Source of the DNA: an uncultured Gammaproteobacteria bacterium
Lineage (GTDB): Bacteria; Pseudomonadota; Gammaproteobacteria; Ga0077536
Direction of reading: 5' to 3'
Assembly (NCBI GenBank): GCA_938082545.1
Contig: CALKCL010000004.1
Span: 3,687-67,686, forward strand
DNA length: 64,000 nucleotides
The position numbers and the translations under genes were made by a program. The notes beneath the pieces were generated by a model. The model had not been told where the DNA came from, made no database searches, and was given only the letters and a program-made list of their open reading frames with translations. This document shows positions 10,244 to 19,672 of the stretch, in pieces. The stretch's first letter is position 1. Each line of letters begins with the position of its first letter.

Positions 10244-12337
10244 ATGAAAAAAATATTAGTCGTAGGACTCCTCTCATTTGTATTTTTGAGCTGCTCCAGG
10301 ACTACCTTAGCCGAAGCGCCAATAATACCAGCGGAATTACTAAAAGCTTCTCTAGAGCACGGGCGAGCATCGACAATAGTAACGTATGTTCTCGGCAATT
10401 ATCATTATGAAAAAACCCCGCTAAATGACGAGCTATCAGAGAAAATTTTAGACCAGTACATCAAAATGTTGGATCCACAAAGGAGCCATTTTCTGAAAAC
10501 GGATATTGATAGTTTTAGCCTTCACAAACATTTAGTCGACGACTATTTGAAGAAGCCAGCTTTAGGCCCCATGTTCAATATTTTCAAAACATTTAGGAAA
10601 CGTCTAGAAAGTAGGATTTCATTTAGTTTAAGTCAACTTGAGAACACTTTCGACTTCAAAAAAAATGAATCCCTTGTTATCGATAGATCAAAAGAAAATT
10701 GGGCTACAGACGTTACGCAACTAAATAATATATGGAGAAAGAAAGTCAAAAATGACGTTCTTTCTTTGCGGCTTGCGGGTAAAGATTCGAATGAGATCAA
10801 GTCTAAGTTGGAAACTCGTTACAGAGGCGCGCTACGCAGGGCAAAGCAACTGAATAGTGACGATGTTTTTCAAACTATCATCAATTCCTTCACTACAAGC
10901 ATCGATCCTCACAGCACATATTTTTCGCCTAGACAATCTGAAAACTTTAGAATACGAATGAGTTTGTCTCTTGAAGGGATTGGTGCAGTCCTCCAAAGTG
11001 AAAACGAGCTTACTTTAATCAAAGAAATTGTTGCTGGAGGACCAGCAGACTTAACCGAAGCATTGTTCCCTTCCGATCGCATTGTTGGAATCGGACAAGG
11101 TGAAAGTGGACCGCTTGTAGATGTTGTAGGTTGGCGCCTTGATGATGTCGTCGATCTAATAAGGGGCCCTAAGAAGTCAATGGTGCGGCTTGAAGTATTG
11201 CGTAAAGGTAGCTCTGTGGGCGCTCCAACTGATGTCGTTGCTATAACTCGAGATACCATAAAATTAGAAGATCAGGCAGCAAAGAAGTCGATATTAAATG
11301 TTACTAATGAGGGCATAACCTCTAAAATAGGTGTCATTATGATTCCTACTTTCTATTTGGATTTTGATGCGCGTAGCAGAGGTGTGAAAAACTATAAGAG
11401 CACTACCAAAGATGTACAAAAATTAATAACAGAGCTCGTTAAGGAAGAAGTGGAAGGAATTCTGATAGACCTGAGATCTAATGGTGGAGGTTCACTTTCG
11501 GAAGCTAAAGAGTTAACTGGGTTGTTCATAGATTACGGGCCAGTAGTTCAAGTCAAAGATTCTCGCGGCCGTATAAGTACCGAAAAAGATGACAAGCAAG
11601 GTTTTGTTTTCAAAGGACCTTTAGGGGTCTTGGTTGACAGAAATAGTGCTTCTGCATCTGAAATTTTTGCCGGAGCAATGCAAGATTACAATCGAGCAAT
11701 CGTAATAGGCGAAGCTACTTTTGGAAAAGGAACTGTTCAAAATCTGGTAGATTTAAATGGTTTCGATAAATCTATGAAAGGGAAACTTGGAGAACTCAAA
11801 ACAACTATAGCAAAGTTTTTTAGAGTTAACGGAGAGAGCACTCAGCACCGAGGAGTAATCCCAGATGTGACATTTCCTGTTCCTTTTTCATCGGCGAAGC
11901 ACGGCGAGCGGTCACTGGATAATGCCTTAGCGTGGGAAGCTATTAAACCTGCCACATACTTACCAATGCAACAGAATGACTTGAGGTTAAAGAAAATGTC
12001 TGACCTTCACAGTCAAAGGGTGAAAACTAACGATGCGTTTCAAAGTTTACTGGGTATTGAAGAACTTATTGAGCAGACTCGAAACGAGAAAAAATTGTCA
12101 CTCGTGGAGTCAATTCGAAAGAAACGTTATTCTGAAAATCGTCTTAACCGACGTTTGCTCGAAAACAAAATTCGAGTCTTTCAAGGTAGAGAGCCGTTAA
12201 CCACTGATTTCCAATCAACAGCGGAGGATGCGTCAGAGGAGTCCAAAGACGAAATCGAAAAGTATTCAGAGGAGTTTGATGTCTTGTTAAACGAAGCTAC
12301 AGCTATCCTTAGTGATTGGGCTCAGGCTCACGAGTAA
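10244..12337 (+). CDS. prc: carboxy-terminal (tail-specific) processing protease
   Basis: Signal peptide, PDZ region, and S41 core (DLRSNGGG, SASASEIFAGAMQDY, TFGKGTVQ). 697 aa, typical Prc length. Confidence 0.85.
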   Translation: MKKILVVGLLSFVFLSCSRTTLAEAPIIPAELLKASLEHGRASTIVTYVLGNYHYEKTPLNDELSEKILDQYIKMLDPQRSHFLKTDIDSFSLHKHLVDDYLKKPALGPMFNIFKTFRKRLESRISFSLSQLENTFDFKKNESLVIDRSKENWATDVTQLNNIWRKKVKNDVLSLRLAGKDSNEIKSKLETRYRGALRRAKQLNSDDVFQTIINSFTTSIDPHSTYFSPRQSENFRIRMSLSLEGIGAVLQSENELTLIKEIVAGGPADLTEALFPSDRIVGIGQGESGPLVDVVGWRLDDVVDLIRGPKKSMVRLEVLRKGSSVGAPTDVVAITRDTIKLEDQAAKKSILNVTNEGITSKIGVIMIPTFYLDFDARSRGVKNYKSTTKDVQKLITELVKEEVEGILIDLRSNGGGSLSEAKELTGLFIDYGPVVQVKDSRGRISTEKDDKQGFVFKGPLGVLVDRNSASASEIFAGAMQDYNRAIVIGEATFGKGTVQNLVDLNGFDKSMKGKLGELKTTIAKFFRVNGESTQHRGVIPDVTFPVPFSSAKHGERSLDNALAWEAIKPATYLPMQQNDLRLKKMSDLHSQRVKTNDAFQSLLGIEELIEQTRNEKKLSLVESIRKKRYSENRLNRRLLENKIRVFQGREPLTTDFQSTAEDASEESKDEIEKYSEEFDVLLNEATAILSDWAQAHE

Positions 12338-12370
12338 GATTTCTCTAGCCCAATAGCAGAGCCTAATCCT

Positions 12371-13132
12371 TTATCTATCAAAAAACTTGCGAATCATTTC
12401 TTTTGGCTCAGTTGTCTTATATGCCGCGACAAAAGAATCAACTCCCGTGTCAATCGCATCATCAATCGCTTCGTTCTCCCATTTCAGGAATAACGTTTTC
12501 TGGCTTGCTATCGCTTCCGGACCACATTGCAATATATCTGAGGCCACCAAGTCAATCAAAACAGCCCGTTCTCTTCCACTCACCACATGTTCGACCAATC
12601 CTATAGCTAAAGCTTCCTCTGCCAATATGATATTTCCACGTAACATCAATTCTCGCGCTTTTCCCCATCCTACAATACCGGGCAATAGAGCTGCCTCCAC
12701 CACTGATGGGACTCCGACTCTAACTTCAGGCATACCGCAACGAATGCTATCGTCAGCTATTCTAAAGTCGCAGGAAACCGCAATCTCCAAACCAGCCCCC
12801 AAGCAATACCCTGACATTACAGCTATCACTGGTACTTTCGCCGTTCGGATCACATGGCAAAACTCATGGATCGATTTTATAAACCCATTAGCTGATGCAG
12901 CAGTTAAGAACTGCAGAGATTTCAAATCTGCTCCACCAATGAACGACTTCCCCGAAGCCCCAGAAAGAAAAACACACCTGAGGCCTTCAAGAGCTAAAAT
13001 TTCTTCAAATGTTTGTTTGCATTCCTCTGCGATTTTTTGATCTATTAAATTGAGCTCTGTAGTTCCTTCAAACCGAGCAAAGACGACTAAACCGCCATTT
13101 ACAGTCTTCTTTTCATAATTTAGGTGTGCCAC
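12371..13132 (-). CDS. enoyl-CoA hydratase/isomerase family protein
   Basis: Crotonase fold blocks SFIGGADL and GYCLGAGLEIAVSCDFR. GTG start. Confidence 0.8.
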   Translation of the reverse strand: MAHLNYEKKTVNGGLVVFARFEGTTELNLIDQKIAEECKQTFEEILALEGLRCVFLSGASGKSFIGGADLKSLQFLTAASANGFIKSIHEFCHVIRTAKVPVIAVMSGYCLGAGLEIAVSCDFRIADDSIRCGMPEVRVGVPSVVEAALLPGIVGWGKARELMLRGNIILAEEALAIGLVEHVVSGRERAVLIDLVASDILQCGPEAIASQKTLFLKWENEAIDDAIDTGVDSFVAAYKTTEPKEMIRKFFDR

Positions 13133-13143
13133 GAAAATTCTCC

Positions 13144-13893
13144 TTAACGACTTGGACGGTACACTTTGAACCGTAATCTAACATAATCCACTATCCAACC
13201 GTTTTTTTCAGAATATAAGTAAGGTCGAAGTGCCGTCTCTGCTTCTTTATAAAAAGAATCTCGTTCTTCTTCGATCGGAGTGACAAAACTCTGCGCGAAA
13301 ATGCGAAGCCATGACAGTAAGTCGCTTTTAATTTTAGTGGGTCTTGAGAACGTAGAAGTAGTATTAATATTGAACCCTTGAGCCACGAGTAATTCGCTGT
13401 ACTCCTCTTCTGTTGGAAAGTACCAAGGATTGTAGAGTTCAGAATTATGCCCCCTCCTCTCCAAAAGAGCAGATAAAGTCTCCACAACAGCGGAAACGTT
13501 TCCTTTCGCGCCCATTTCACCAACGAAAACACCACCTGGCTTTAGGTTCTGCCAGACGTTAGCGATTACTTCTTCTGGCCGCCGCATCCAATGCAAAGCT
13601 GCATTACTTAATACACTATCAAATTCATCCAAAAAACCTAAGGATTCTCCGTTGCTCACAACAGCCTTAATACCTCTTTTTTCTGCTGCACCAACCTGAG
13701 CTTCACTTGCGTCTACCCCCGTGACGTCGCATCCCATTTCAGCGATTTTCTCCGCCAAAAAACCATCACCACAGCCCAAGTCCATCACTTTATCGCCAGC
13801 TATAGGAGCTAATAACGTTATCAGTTCCTCCCCGTATATTGAGACAAAAGCTGCATTTTTCGAATAAGAACTTGGATCCCATTTTTGAATCAT
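13144..13893 (-). CDS. class I SAM-dependent methyltransferase (Tam-like architecture)
   Basis: Motif I VMDLGCGDG and post-I/II blocks. Overall layout resembles trans-aconitate methyltransferase. Confidence 0.75.
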   Translation of the reverse strand: MIQKWDPSSYSKNAAFVSIYGEELITLLAPIAGDKVMDLGCGDGFLAEKIAEMGCDVTGVDASEAQVGAAEKRGIKAVVSNGESLGFLDEFDSVLSNAALHWMRRPEEVIANVWQNLKPGGVFVGEMGAKGNVSAVVETLSALLERRGHNSELYNPWYFPTEEEYSELLVAQGFNINTTSTFSRPTKIKSDLLSWLRIFAQSFVTPIEEERDSFYKEAETALRPYLYSEKNGWIVDYVRLRFKVYRPSR

Positions 13894-13915
13894 ACTTCTA
13901 TCATTTCTCCGCAGT

Positions 13916-14551
13916 TTAGTCTGCTGCTATAAATTGGGGGTGAGGGATTCCTGTTCCTCGCATAGCGCAGTAACCATTTGGATTTTTGTGCAAATACTGT
14001 TGATGATATTCTTCTGCGAAATAAAAAGTTTTCTCGATTCTTATCTCAGTAGTAATTTCAGATAGTCCGCCTAAATGAAGAGCATCTTGGTAAGAGCTAG
14101 CTGATTTCATAGCTAAATCCAATTGCTCAACCGAATTGCAATAGATCGCAGAGCGATATTGCGAGCCCTGATCATTTCCCTGTCGCATGCCTTGGGTGGG
14201 ATCATGCTCTTCCCAAAAAATTCTCAACAAGCTCTCATATGAGCATTGCTTAGGCGAAAAAACAACTAGGACAACCTCAGAGTGACCAGTCGCTCCGCTG
14301 CAAACATCTTCGTAGGAGGGGTTTTCAGTCATGCCGCCTGCGTAGCCTACAGCGGTGGTGAAAATACCATTTTGGGACCAGAATTTTCTCTCTATTCCCC
14401 AAAAACACCCCATTCCAACTACTAATATTTCTAGATTCTCAGGGTACGGCGCCAAGATTGAGGTACCGAGAACTTGATGAACACCGCTTAGACTTAACCC
14501 TTTCTTTTTCCCAGCGGGAAATCCCTCGGGCGTAACATATTCATTTAACAT
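13916..14551 (-). CDS. msrA: peptide-methionine (S)-S-oxide reductase
   Basis: Active-site GMGCFWG, GHSEVV and EEYHQQYL. Start set to ATG 14551, which has AGGAG 8 nt upstream; the track's longer N-terminus has no MsrA counterpart. Confidence 0.9.
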   Translation of the reverse strand: MLNEYVTPEGFPAGKKKGLSLSGVHQVLGTSILAPYPENLEILVVGMGCFWGIERKFWSQNGIFTTAVGYAGGMTENPSYEDVCSGATGHSEVVLVVFSPKQCSYESLLRIFWEEHDPTQGMRQGNDQGSQYRSAIYCNSVEQLDLAMKSASSYQDALHLGGLSEITTEIRIEKTFYFAEEYHQQYLHKNPNGYCAMRGTGIPHPQFIAAD

Positions 14552-14715
14552 CCATTTTGCTCCTAACACATATGCGCCCTCTAGATAGCTCGAGAACTTA
14601 ATATAAAAAAACTCCATTCAATTTGAAATAAAGTCTAACATTACGCTGGTAGTTATCACATAATCTATTCGACTATATCAGTCTAACGCGTAACACTACG
14701 AAATCGAGGATTTTC

Positions 14716-15078
14716 ATGCTCAATATTTATAAAAAACCTTTAGAATCTTGCTCATTGGACCCACTGACTGGGTTTGATAGAGACGGTACCTGCAATACCT
14801 GTTCAGATGATGTAGGAAAGCACACAATATGTGTCGAAATGACAGAAGAGTTTCTCCTCTTTTCCCGAGAAAGAGGCAACGATCTGATAACTCCTCAGCT
14901 AGCCATAGGTTTCCCAGGATTACTTCCAGATGATCGTTGGTGCGTTTGTCTTTCGCGATGGATAGAAGCCAAAGATGCCGGCATCATTGCAAAAGTACAT
15001 GTCCGAGCAACTCACGAGTCAGTCTTGGAAGAGGTGTCACTGAGTCAATTAGAGCAACACGCAGTATGCGACGGCTAG
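14716..15078 (+). CDS. DUF2237-family protein
   Basis: PLTGFDRDGTC...GKHTICVEMTEEFL...GFPGLLPDDRWCVC pattern recalled from DUF2237. 120 aa. Confidence 0.65.
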   Translation: MLNIYKKPLESCSLDPLTGFDRDGTCNTCSDDVGKHTICVEMTEEFLLFSRERGNDLITPQLAIGFPGLLPDDRWCVCLSRWIEAKDAGIIAKVHVRATHESVLEEVSLSQLEQHAVCDG

Positions 15079-15116
15079 CTATATGAAAGCACTTCTCTGC
15101 GCCCGCACAAAATAAA

Positions 15117-16364
15117 ATGTTTGTTACCAACAAAGTCGCTTTATTTATTGCTATAAGATTGCTTCGGCCATCCCAGGCGGTGACACGCTCAATTGGACTC
15201 TTAGTATCATTAGTTGGCGTGGCTATAGGCGTGGTTGCGTTAGTCGTCACTCTCTCCACAATGAATGGCTTCGAAAGAGAGGTACGGGATCAAGTGTTAG
15301 GAATGAGTGGCCATATTAATCTAGTTTTTAACCGGAATAGCTCAACCGACTGGAAAAGCGCATTAGGTAAAGTCCTATCTAAATATGAAATAGCTGGATT
15401 TAGCCCGTACGTGCGCTCTGGAGGGATGATTAGCAGTCGCGACGTTATAATCTCGGTCTCTGTAGAAGGCGTCATTCCTGAGAGCGAGGAGAGAGTCACT
15501 AATATCGGAAATCATATTGCCCTTACTGATACCTTACTCCCAGAAAGCTCAATTCCAGCTATAGTGATAGGCGAAAAACTTGCAGAAAAACTTAGTGTAG
15601 CTACAAACCAACTTGTTACTTTAATTACACCTCGCTGGAATAATGAAGGTAACTTCTCCGGTCCCAAGTACCAATTGCTAAAAGTGGCAGGCATATTCAG
15701 CACAGGCATGTCACAGTACGACCATAGATTAGTGATCACCAATCTAGCAACGGCGCAAAATCTATTTAATGTTGGCAATTCAATAACAGGCGCTAAAGTA
15801 CGACTCAATGACCCTTTAACAGCTCCCAAAGTTAGCGCCGCTATCAACGCATTAGTACTTGAAAATATCCATGCCATAGATTGGAGGCAGTACAACAAGA
15901 ATTTCTTTCTCGCTATAAGTTCTCAAAAAAAATTAATGTTTATAATTCTACTTATGGTAATCGCCATAGCCGGCTCTAGTGCGACGATAAATATGTTGAT
16001 TCTAGTTAAACGAAACTCCACATCTATTGTCTTGCTAAAGACTATCGGAGCAACCAAGTCAGTTGTAGTAAAAATATTTCTGCTACAGGGTTTAATAATT
16101 GGCTGCCTAGGGTGCTTTATTGGCATTCCACTGGGTGTCTTAATAGTCAAAAATGCACAAGCGCTTGTCTCACGTATAGAACAAACAACAGGTTTCTCTC
16201 TTATTGATCCAGAAGTCTATCTCATAGATCACTTGCCACATCTAATAAAAATTACCGATCTCAGTCTAATCGGGCTATCCACGATCTGTATCACAGTTTT
16301 AGCTGCCGCCTACCCTGCATATAAAGCTGGTGGAACCAATTTTTCTGAAAAATGGGATGCTTAA
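15117..16364 (+). CDS. LolC/LolE-family (FtsX-like) ABC transporter permease
   Basis: 415 aa. N-terminal TM helix followed by MNGFEREVRDQVLG, a large periplasmic loop, and three C-terminal TM helices. No ATPase gene is adjacent. Confidence 0.75.
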   Translation: MFVTNKVALFIAIRLLRPSQAVTRSIGLLVSLVGVAIGVVALVVTLSTMNGFEREVRDQVLGMSGHINLVFNRNSSTDWKSALGKVLSKYEIAGFSPYVRSGGMISSRDVIISVSVEGVIPESEERVTNIGNHIALTDTLLPESSIPAIVIGEKLAEKLSVATNQLVTLITPRWNNEGNFSGPKYQLLKVAGIFSTGMSQYDHRLVITNLATAQNLFNVGNSITGAKVRLNDPLTAPKVSAAINALVLENIHAIDWRQYNKNFFLAISSQKKLMFIILLMVIAIAGSSATINMLILVKRNSTSIVLLKTIGATKSVVVKIFLLQGLIIGCLGCFIGIPLGVLIVKNAQALVSRIEQTTGFSLIDPEVYLIDHLPHLIKITDLSLIGLSTICITVLAAAYPAYKAGGTNFSEKWDA

Positions 16365-16388
16365 TCGACATCGAATGAAACTGAAATA

Positions 16389-16416
16389 TTGCACCGCACA
16401 ATCTAGCGTTTATAAT
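16389..16416 (+). promoter_or_regulatory. candidate sigma70 promoter (TTGCAC-N16-TATAAT)
   Basis: -35 at 16389-16394 and a consensus -10 at 16411-16416, 33 nt upstream of the SDR start at 16449. Confidence 0.4.
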
Positions 16417-16448
16417 GCCCCAACTCATATTTCTAATTAAGGTTTTCT

Positions 16449-17267
16449 ATGGACATTGAAGGTAAGGTAGGTGTGATTACTGGTGCAGCTAGCGGAATCG
16501 GGCGCGCGGCAGCTATAGAGCTGCAAAAGCACCAAATCAAGGCACTCGCATTAGTCGACTTATCTGACGCTGTGCTCGAGCTTGCGCACGAAATCAATAA
16601 ATTGAGAGGCAAAACTGTCGCAACAGGATTTCAAGGAGACACCACCGACCCTGCATTCCGAAAACGTGTTTTTGAGACCATGCGGACGCAACACGGACCT
16701 GTAAATATTTGCGTCCCCGCAGCTGGGATAACTCGAGATGCCTTAGCCGTTCGGCTGAATAAAGAGAAAGGTACCGCTAATATTTATCCGATAGAAAATT
16801 TCCGTCAAGTAGTTGAAGTCAACTTGATCGCACCAACCTATTGGGCTATGGAAATGGTGGCTCAGCTTGCAGAGAGTAGGTTTAGCAAAGGTTTGAAAAA
16901 ATGGGACCCTATAGAAGGGACTCAGGGAGTTGTTATCTTTATCGGTTCCGTCTCTTCGCAGGGCAACAAAGGGCAAATTGCCTACGCCTCAACAAAAGTT
17001 GGCCTTGAAGGAGCGGCCTCTACACTGACGAAAGAAGCAATATTCTATGGCATTCGCTGCGCAGTGCTGCATCCCGGATTTACCGATACCCCTATGGTTC
17101 GAGCACTGGGCGAGGACTACATCAACAATGAAATATTACCGGCGACACAAATAAAACGTCTTATTCGACCAGAAGAAATCGCAGACGCCATCTCATTTTT
17201 AATTCGTAACTCTGCCGTCAGCGGCCAGCTTTGGGCTGATGCAGGCTGGCACCCAATGCCTAACTAA
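16449..17267 (+). CDS. SDR-family oxidoreductase
   Basis: TGAASGIGRA cofactor motif and YASTK catalytic motif. 272 aa. Confidence 0.8.
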   Translation: MDIEGKVGVITGAASGIGRAAAIELQKHQIKALALVDLSDAVLELAHEINKLRGKTVATGFQGDTTDPAFRKRVFETMRTQHGPVNICVPAAGITRDALAVRLNKEKGTANIYPIENFRQVVEVNLIAPTYWAMEMVAQLAESRFSKGLKKWDPIEGTQGVVIFIGSVSSQGNKGQIAYASTKVGLEGAASTLTKEAIFYGIRCAVLHPGFTDTPMVRALGEDYINNEILPATQIKRLIRPEEIADAISFLIRNSAVSGQLWADAGWHPMPN

Positions 17268-17314
17268 CCAGATCGACTTATAGTAGGGATTAATCTCTGG
17301 GGTCTCAGCGGACC

Positions 17315-17671
17315 CTACCTCCCAGAATAAATGACCCCCCTGTCTCGATGCTCTTGCACGGTGATTCTGGTTAGCTGAGGAAGACTGCTAATGAACTTAG
17401 TCCATAACCACTCCGCTATAATTTCAGTGGTAGGGTTATCCAAGCCCTCGATATCGTTTAGGTAGTAATGATCAACTTTCTTCTTCACTGCTTCTATAGC
17501 AATCTCAACGTCCCCGAAATCGATCATAAAGCCTGTGGCCACCTCTATCTCACCCGACAACGTCAAACTTACATTAAAAGTGTGTCCGTGTAGCCGACTA
17601 CATGGATGGGTCTTGGGTAAAAGCGGCAGAGAACGGCTGGCGGCGAAATCAAATTTTACAAACATTTCCAT
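17315..17671 (-). CDS. queD: 6-carboxy-5,6,7,8-tetrahydropterin synthase
   Basis: 118 aa. CSRLHGHTF motif and overall PTPS/QueD size. Confidence 0.8.
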   Translation of the reverse strand: MEMFVKFDFAASRSLPLLPKTHPCSRLHGHTFNVSLTLSGEIEVATGFMIDFGDVEIAIEAVKKKVDHYYLNDIEGLDNPTTEIIAEWLWTKFISSLPQLTRITVQEHRDRGVIYSGR

Positions 17672-17690
17672 ACGATCAGTATAGCATTTA

Positions 17691-17720
17691 TTGCAGGCTT
17701 CTCATGAAGAAGGCTACAAT
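17691..17720 (+). promoter_or_regulatory. candidate sigma70 promoter (TTGCAG-N18-TACAAT)
   Basis: Lies 74 nt upstream of the TauE-like gene. The spacer contains the inverted repeat CTTCT-CATGA-AGAAG. Confidence 0.3.
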
Positions 17721-17793
17721 AAATATATTTGGTTATAGTAACAGAAAGTAGATTTTGTAATGAGCATACGTCCCTGATGGCTGCATTGAAGGT

Positions 17794-18558
17794 ATGTTAG
17801 TAGCTGAGGCTTTCATCTTAATCATGGCCGGAGTAGCTGCAGGATTCATTAACGTCATAGCCGGTGGTGGTTCTCTCATATCCATACCGGCTTTGATGTG
17901 GGTCGGACTAGATGGTGCCTCGGCAAATGGGACTAATCGAATAGGCGTTTTAATCCAGTCTGTAGCCTCTACCGCAAGATTTGCCAAAACTGAAGCACAC
18001 AGCTTTAAAGAAAGCGGTTTGCTCGGTCTAGCTCTCCTACCGGGGGGATTAGTCGGAGCCTACTGGGGCACCTTGATTGAAGGAGTCTGGTTTAATCGTC
18101 TACTGGCGTTCGTAATGCTTTTTGTTTTAGTAACAATGGATATGGAAGCTCGCCCCAATCAAACGCAGCAGCAGTCGGTCGACGACACTCGACTCAAAAA
18201 TCCAGTGGTCGTTTATTCCTTGACCGCTCTGATTGGTTTCTATGGCGGAGTAATCCATATCGGCATAGGTCTACTCATTATGGTAGTTTTAACTCGCGTA
18301 GGTGGACTTAACTTAAAACACACGAACATGCATAAAATGCTAATGGTCATACCATATACTCTCTTTGCTATTATGATTTTTTCCTTCTATCACGAAATCG
18401 CGTGGATGGCAGGCTTAATGCTGGCAGTTGGTGCCGCTATGGGTGGGTGGCTTGGTGCAAAGATCGCAGTAGAAAAAAGTGAAAAAAGAATTCGCATGAT
18501 CTTTAAGGCCTCTATTGCAGCGATGATCATCAACCTGCTGTTTTTCAGCACGATTTAA
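17794..18558 (+). CDS. TauE/SafE-family anion exporter (membrane protein)
   Basis: Polytopic membrane protein of 254 aa. INVIAGGGSLISIPAL...ANGTNR pattern is typical of TauE/SafE (DUF81). Confidence 0.75.
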   Translation: MLVAEAFILIMAGVAAGFINVIAGGGSLISIPALMWVGLDGASANGTNRIGVLIQSVASTARFAKTEAHSFKESGLLGLALLPGGLVGAYWGTLIEGVWFNRLLAFVMLFVLVTMDMEARPNQTQQQSVDDTRLKNPVVVYSLTALIGFYGGVIHIGIGLLIMVVLTRVGGLNLKHTNMHKMLMVIPYTLFAIMIFSFYHEIAWMAGLMLAVGAAMGGWLGAKIAVEKSEKRIRMIFKASIAAMIINLLFFSTI

Positions 18559-18613
18559 TTCTTTTGCAACATCTTATGTTGTCTTCTGAATATCAACTAT
18601 CGAGAGGAATAAA

Positions 18614-19591
18614 ATGCTAGAACTATTGTCAAATTACGCCTTATTCGCCGCGAAAACCATCACTGTCGTCATCGTCATGACTCTTCCTTTTTTTGTTCTC
18701 TTATCTGGACGTAAAAATAATAGGAAAGGACAAGAACCGACCGTCATTATCCGACATATTAATGAGAAAATAGACCAAACGATACGCCATTTCGATGCCA
18801 CTTTCTTAAGTGAGAAAGACTATAAAAAGAAAAGAAAAACCGTGATAAAACAAGAAAAAATTAATGCTAAAAAAGAAACCAAGCCAAAGACGTTTCTTTG
18901 TTCGTTCACGGGAGATATTAAAGCTAGTGGTGTCAGTCAGTTAAGAGAAGAAATAACTATGATACTTTCTGTGGCTAAACCCAACGATGAGGTTCTACTT
19001 GTGTTAGAAAGCGGAGGCGGCACTATCCATGGGTACGGACTTGCCGCTTCGCAACTAAATCGAATAAAAGAGAAAAACATACAGTTGAAGATTTCTGTCG
19101 ATAGCATCGCCGCAAGCGGAGGGTACATGATGGCCTGTGTAGCTGATGAACTAATCGCAGCTCCTTTCGCTATAATTGGCTCAATAGGAGTTGTCGCTCA
19201 GATCCCGAACTTTCATCGCTTTCTAAAGGATAAAAATATAGACTTCGAGCAAATAACAGCTGGAGATTTTAAACGTACACTTACTATGTTTGGAAACAAC
19301 ACTGATGTAGCCCGCGACAAATTTCAATCTGAAATAGATGAGGCGCACGAACTATTTAAGCAATTCGTCGGGGCGTCTAGACCTCTTCTTGATATGGAAA
19401 AAGTGGCAACCGGAGAGCATTGGTTCGGAACCACTGCCTTGGAACTTGGTCTAATAGACAAGGTGTCTACGAGTGATGACCTCATTTTAGACGCTGTAAA
19501 AAGTCGGGATGTGTACAAAATTGAAGTCGAGAGAAAGGCATCGCTGTTTGAGAAAGTAACTAGTAAGGTAACTGCGCTACTCTACAGTTGA
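18614..19591 (+). CDS. sohB: S49-family inner-membrane peptidase SohB
   Basis: N-terminal TM segment, Lys-rich linker, and S49 core (LVLESGGG, SIAASGGYMMA). Confidence 0.8.
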   Translation: MLELLSNYALFAAKTITVVIVMTLPFFVLLSGRKNNRKGQEPTVIIRHINEKIDQTIRHFDATFLSEKDYKKKRKTVIKQEKINAKKETKPKTFLCSFTGDIKASGVSQLREEITMILSVAKPNDEVLLVLESGGGTIHGYGLAASQLNRIKEKNIQLKISVDSIAASGGYMMACVADELIAAPFAIIGSIGVVAQIPNFHRFLKDKNIDFEQITAGDFKRTLTMFGNNTDVARDKFQSEIDEAHELFKQFVGASRPLLDMEKVATGEHWFGTTALELGLIDKVSTSDDLILDAVKSRDVYKIEVERKASLFEKVTSKVTALLYS

Positions 19592-19672
19592 AACTGTCAG
19601 ACAAGATTCCTCATTTTACTATTTAATCGACCTCAGGTTCTGTTGGGTCACTGGCTAGGAGTATGTCTGCGT

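Noticed and set aside
12387-13040. A long 217-aa + strand ORF. There are many similar 60-140-aa ORFs elsewhere, e.g. 703-978, 1168-1545, 10909-11259, 15512-15898, 36247-36582, 52264-52680 and 60121-60477.
   Set aside because: Each lies antisense to, or out of frame within, a gene whose product has strong family motifs. Their translations are low-complexity (Ser/Pro/Arg/Ile rich) with no recognisable domains. They are shadow ORFs.
18815-18890. Lys-rich, A-rich low-complexity stretch (KDYKKKRKTVIKQEKINAKKETKPK) that looked like a repeat.
   Set aside because: It lies in frame within sohB and corresponds to the charged linker between the membrane anchor and the S49 peptidase domain. It is not an independent element.
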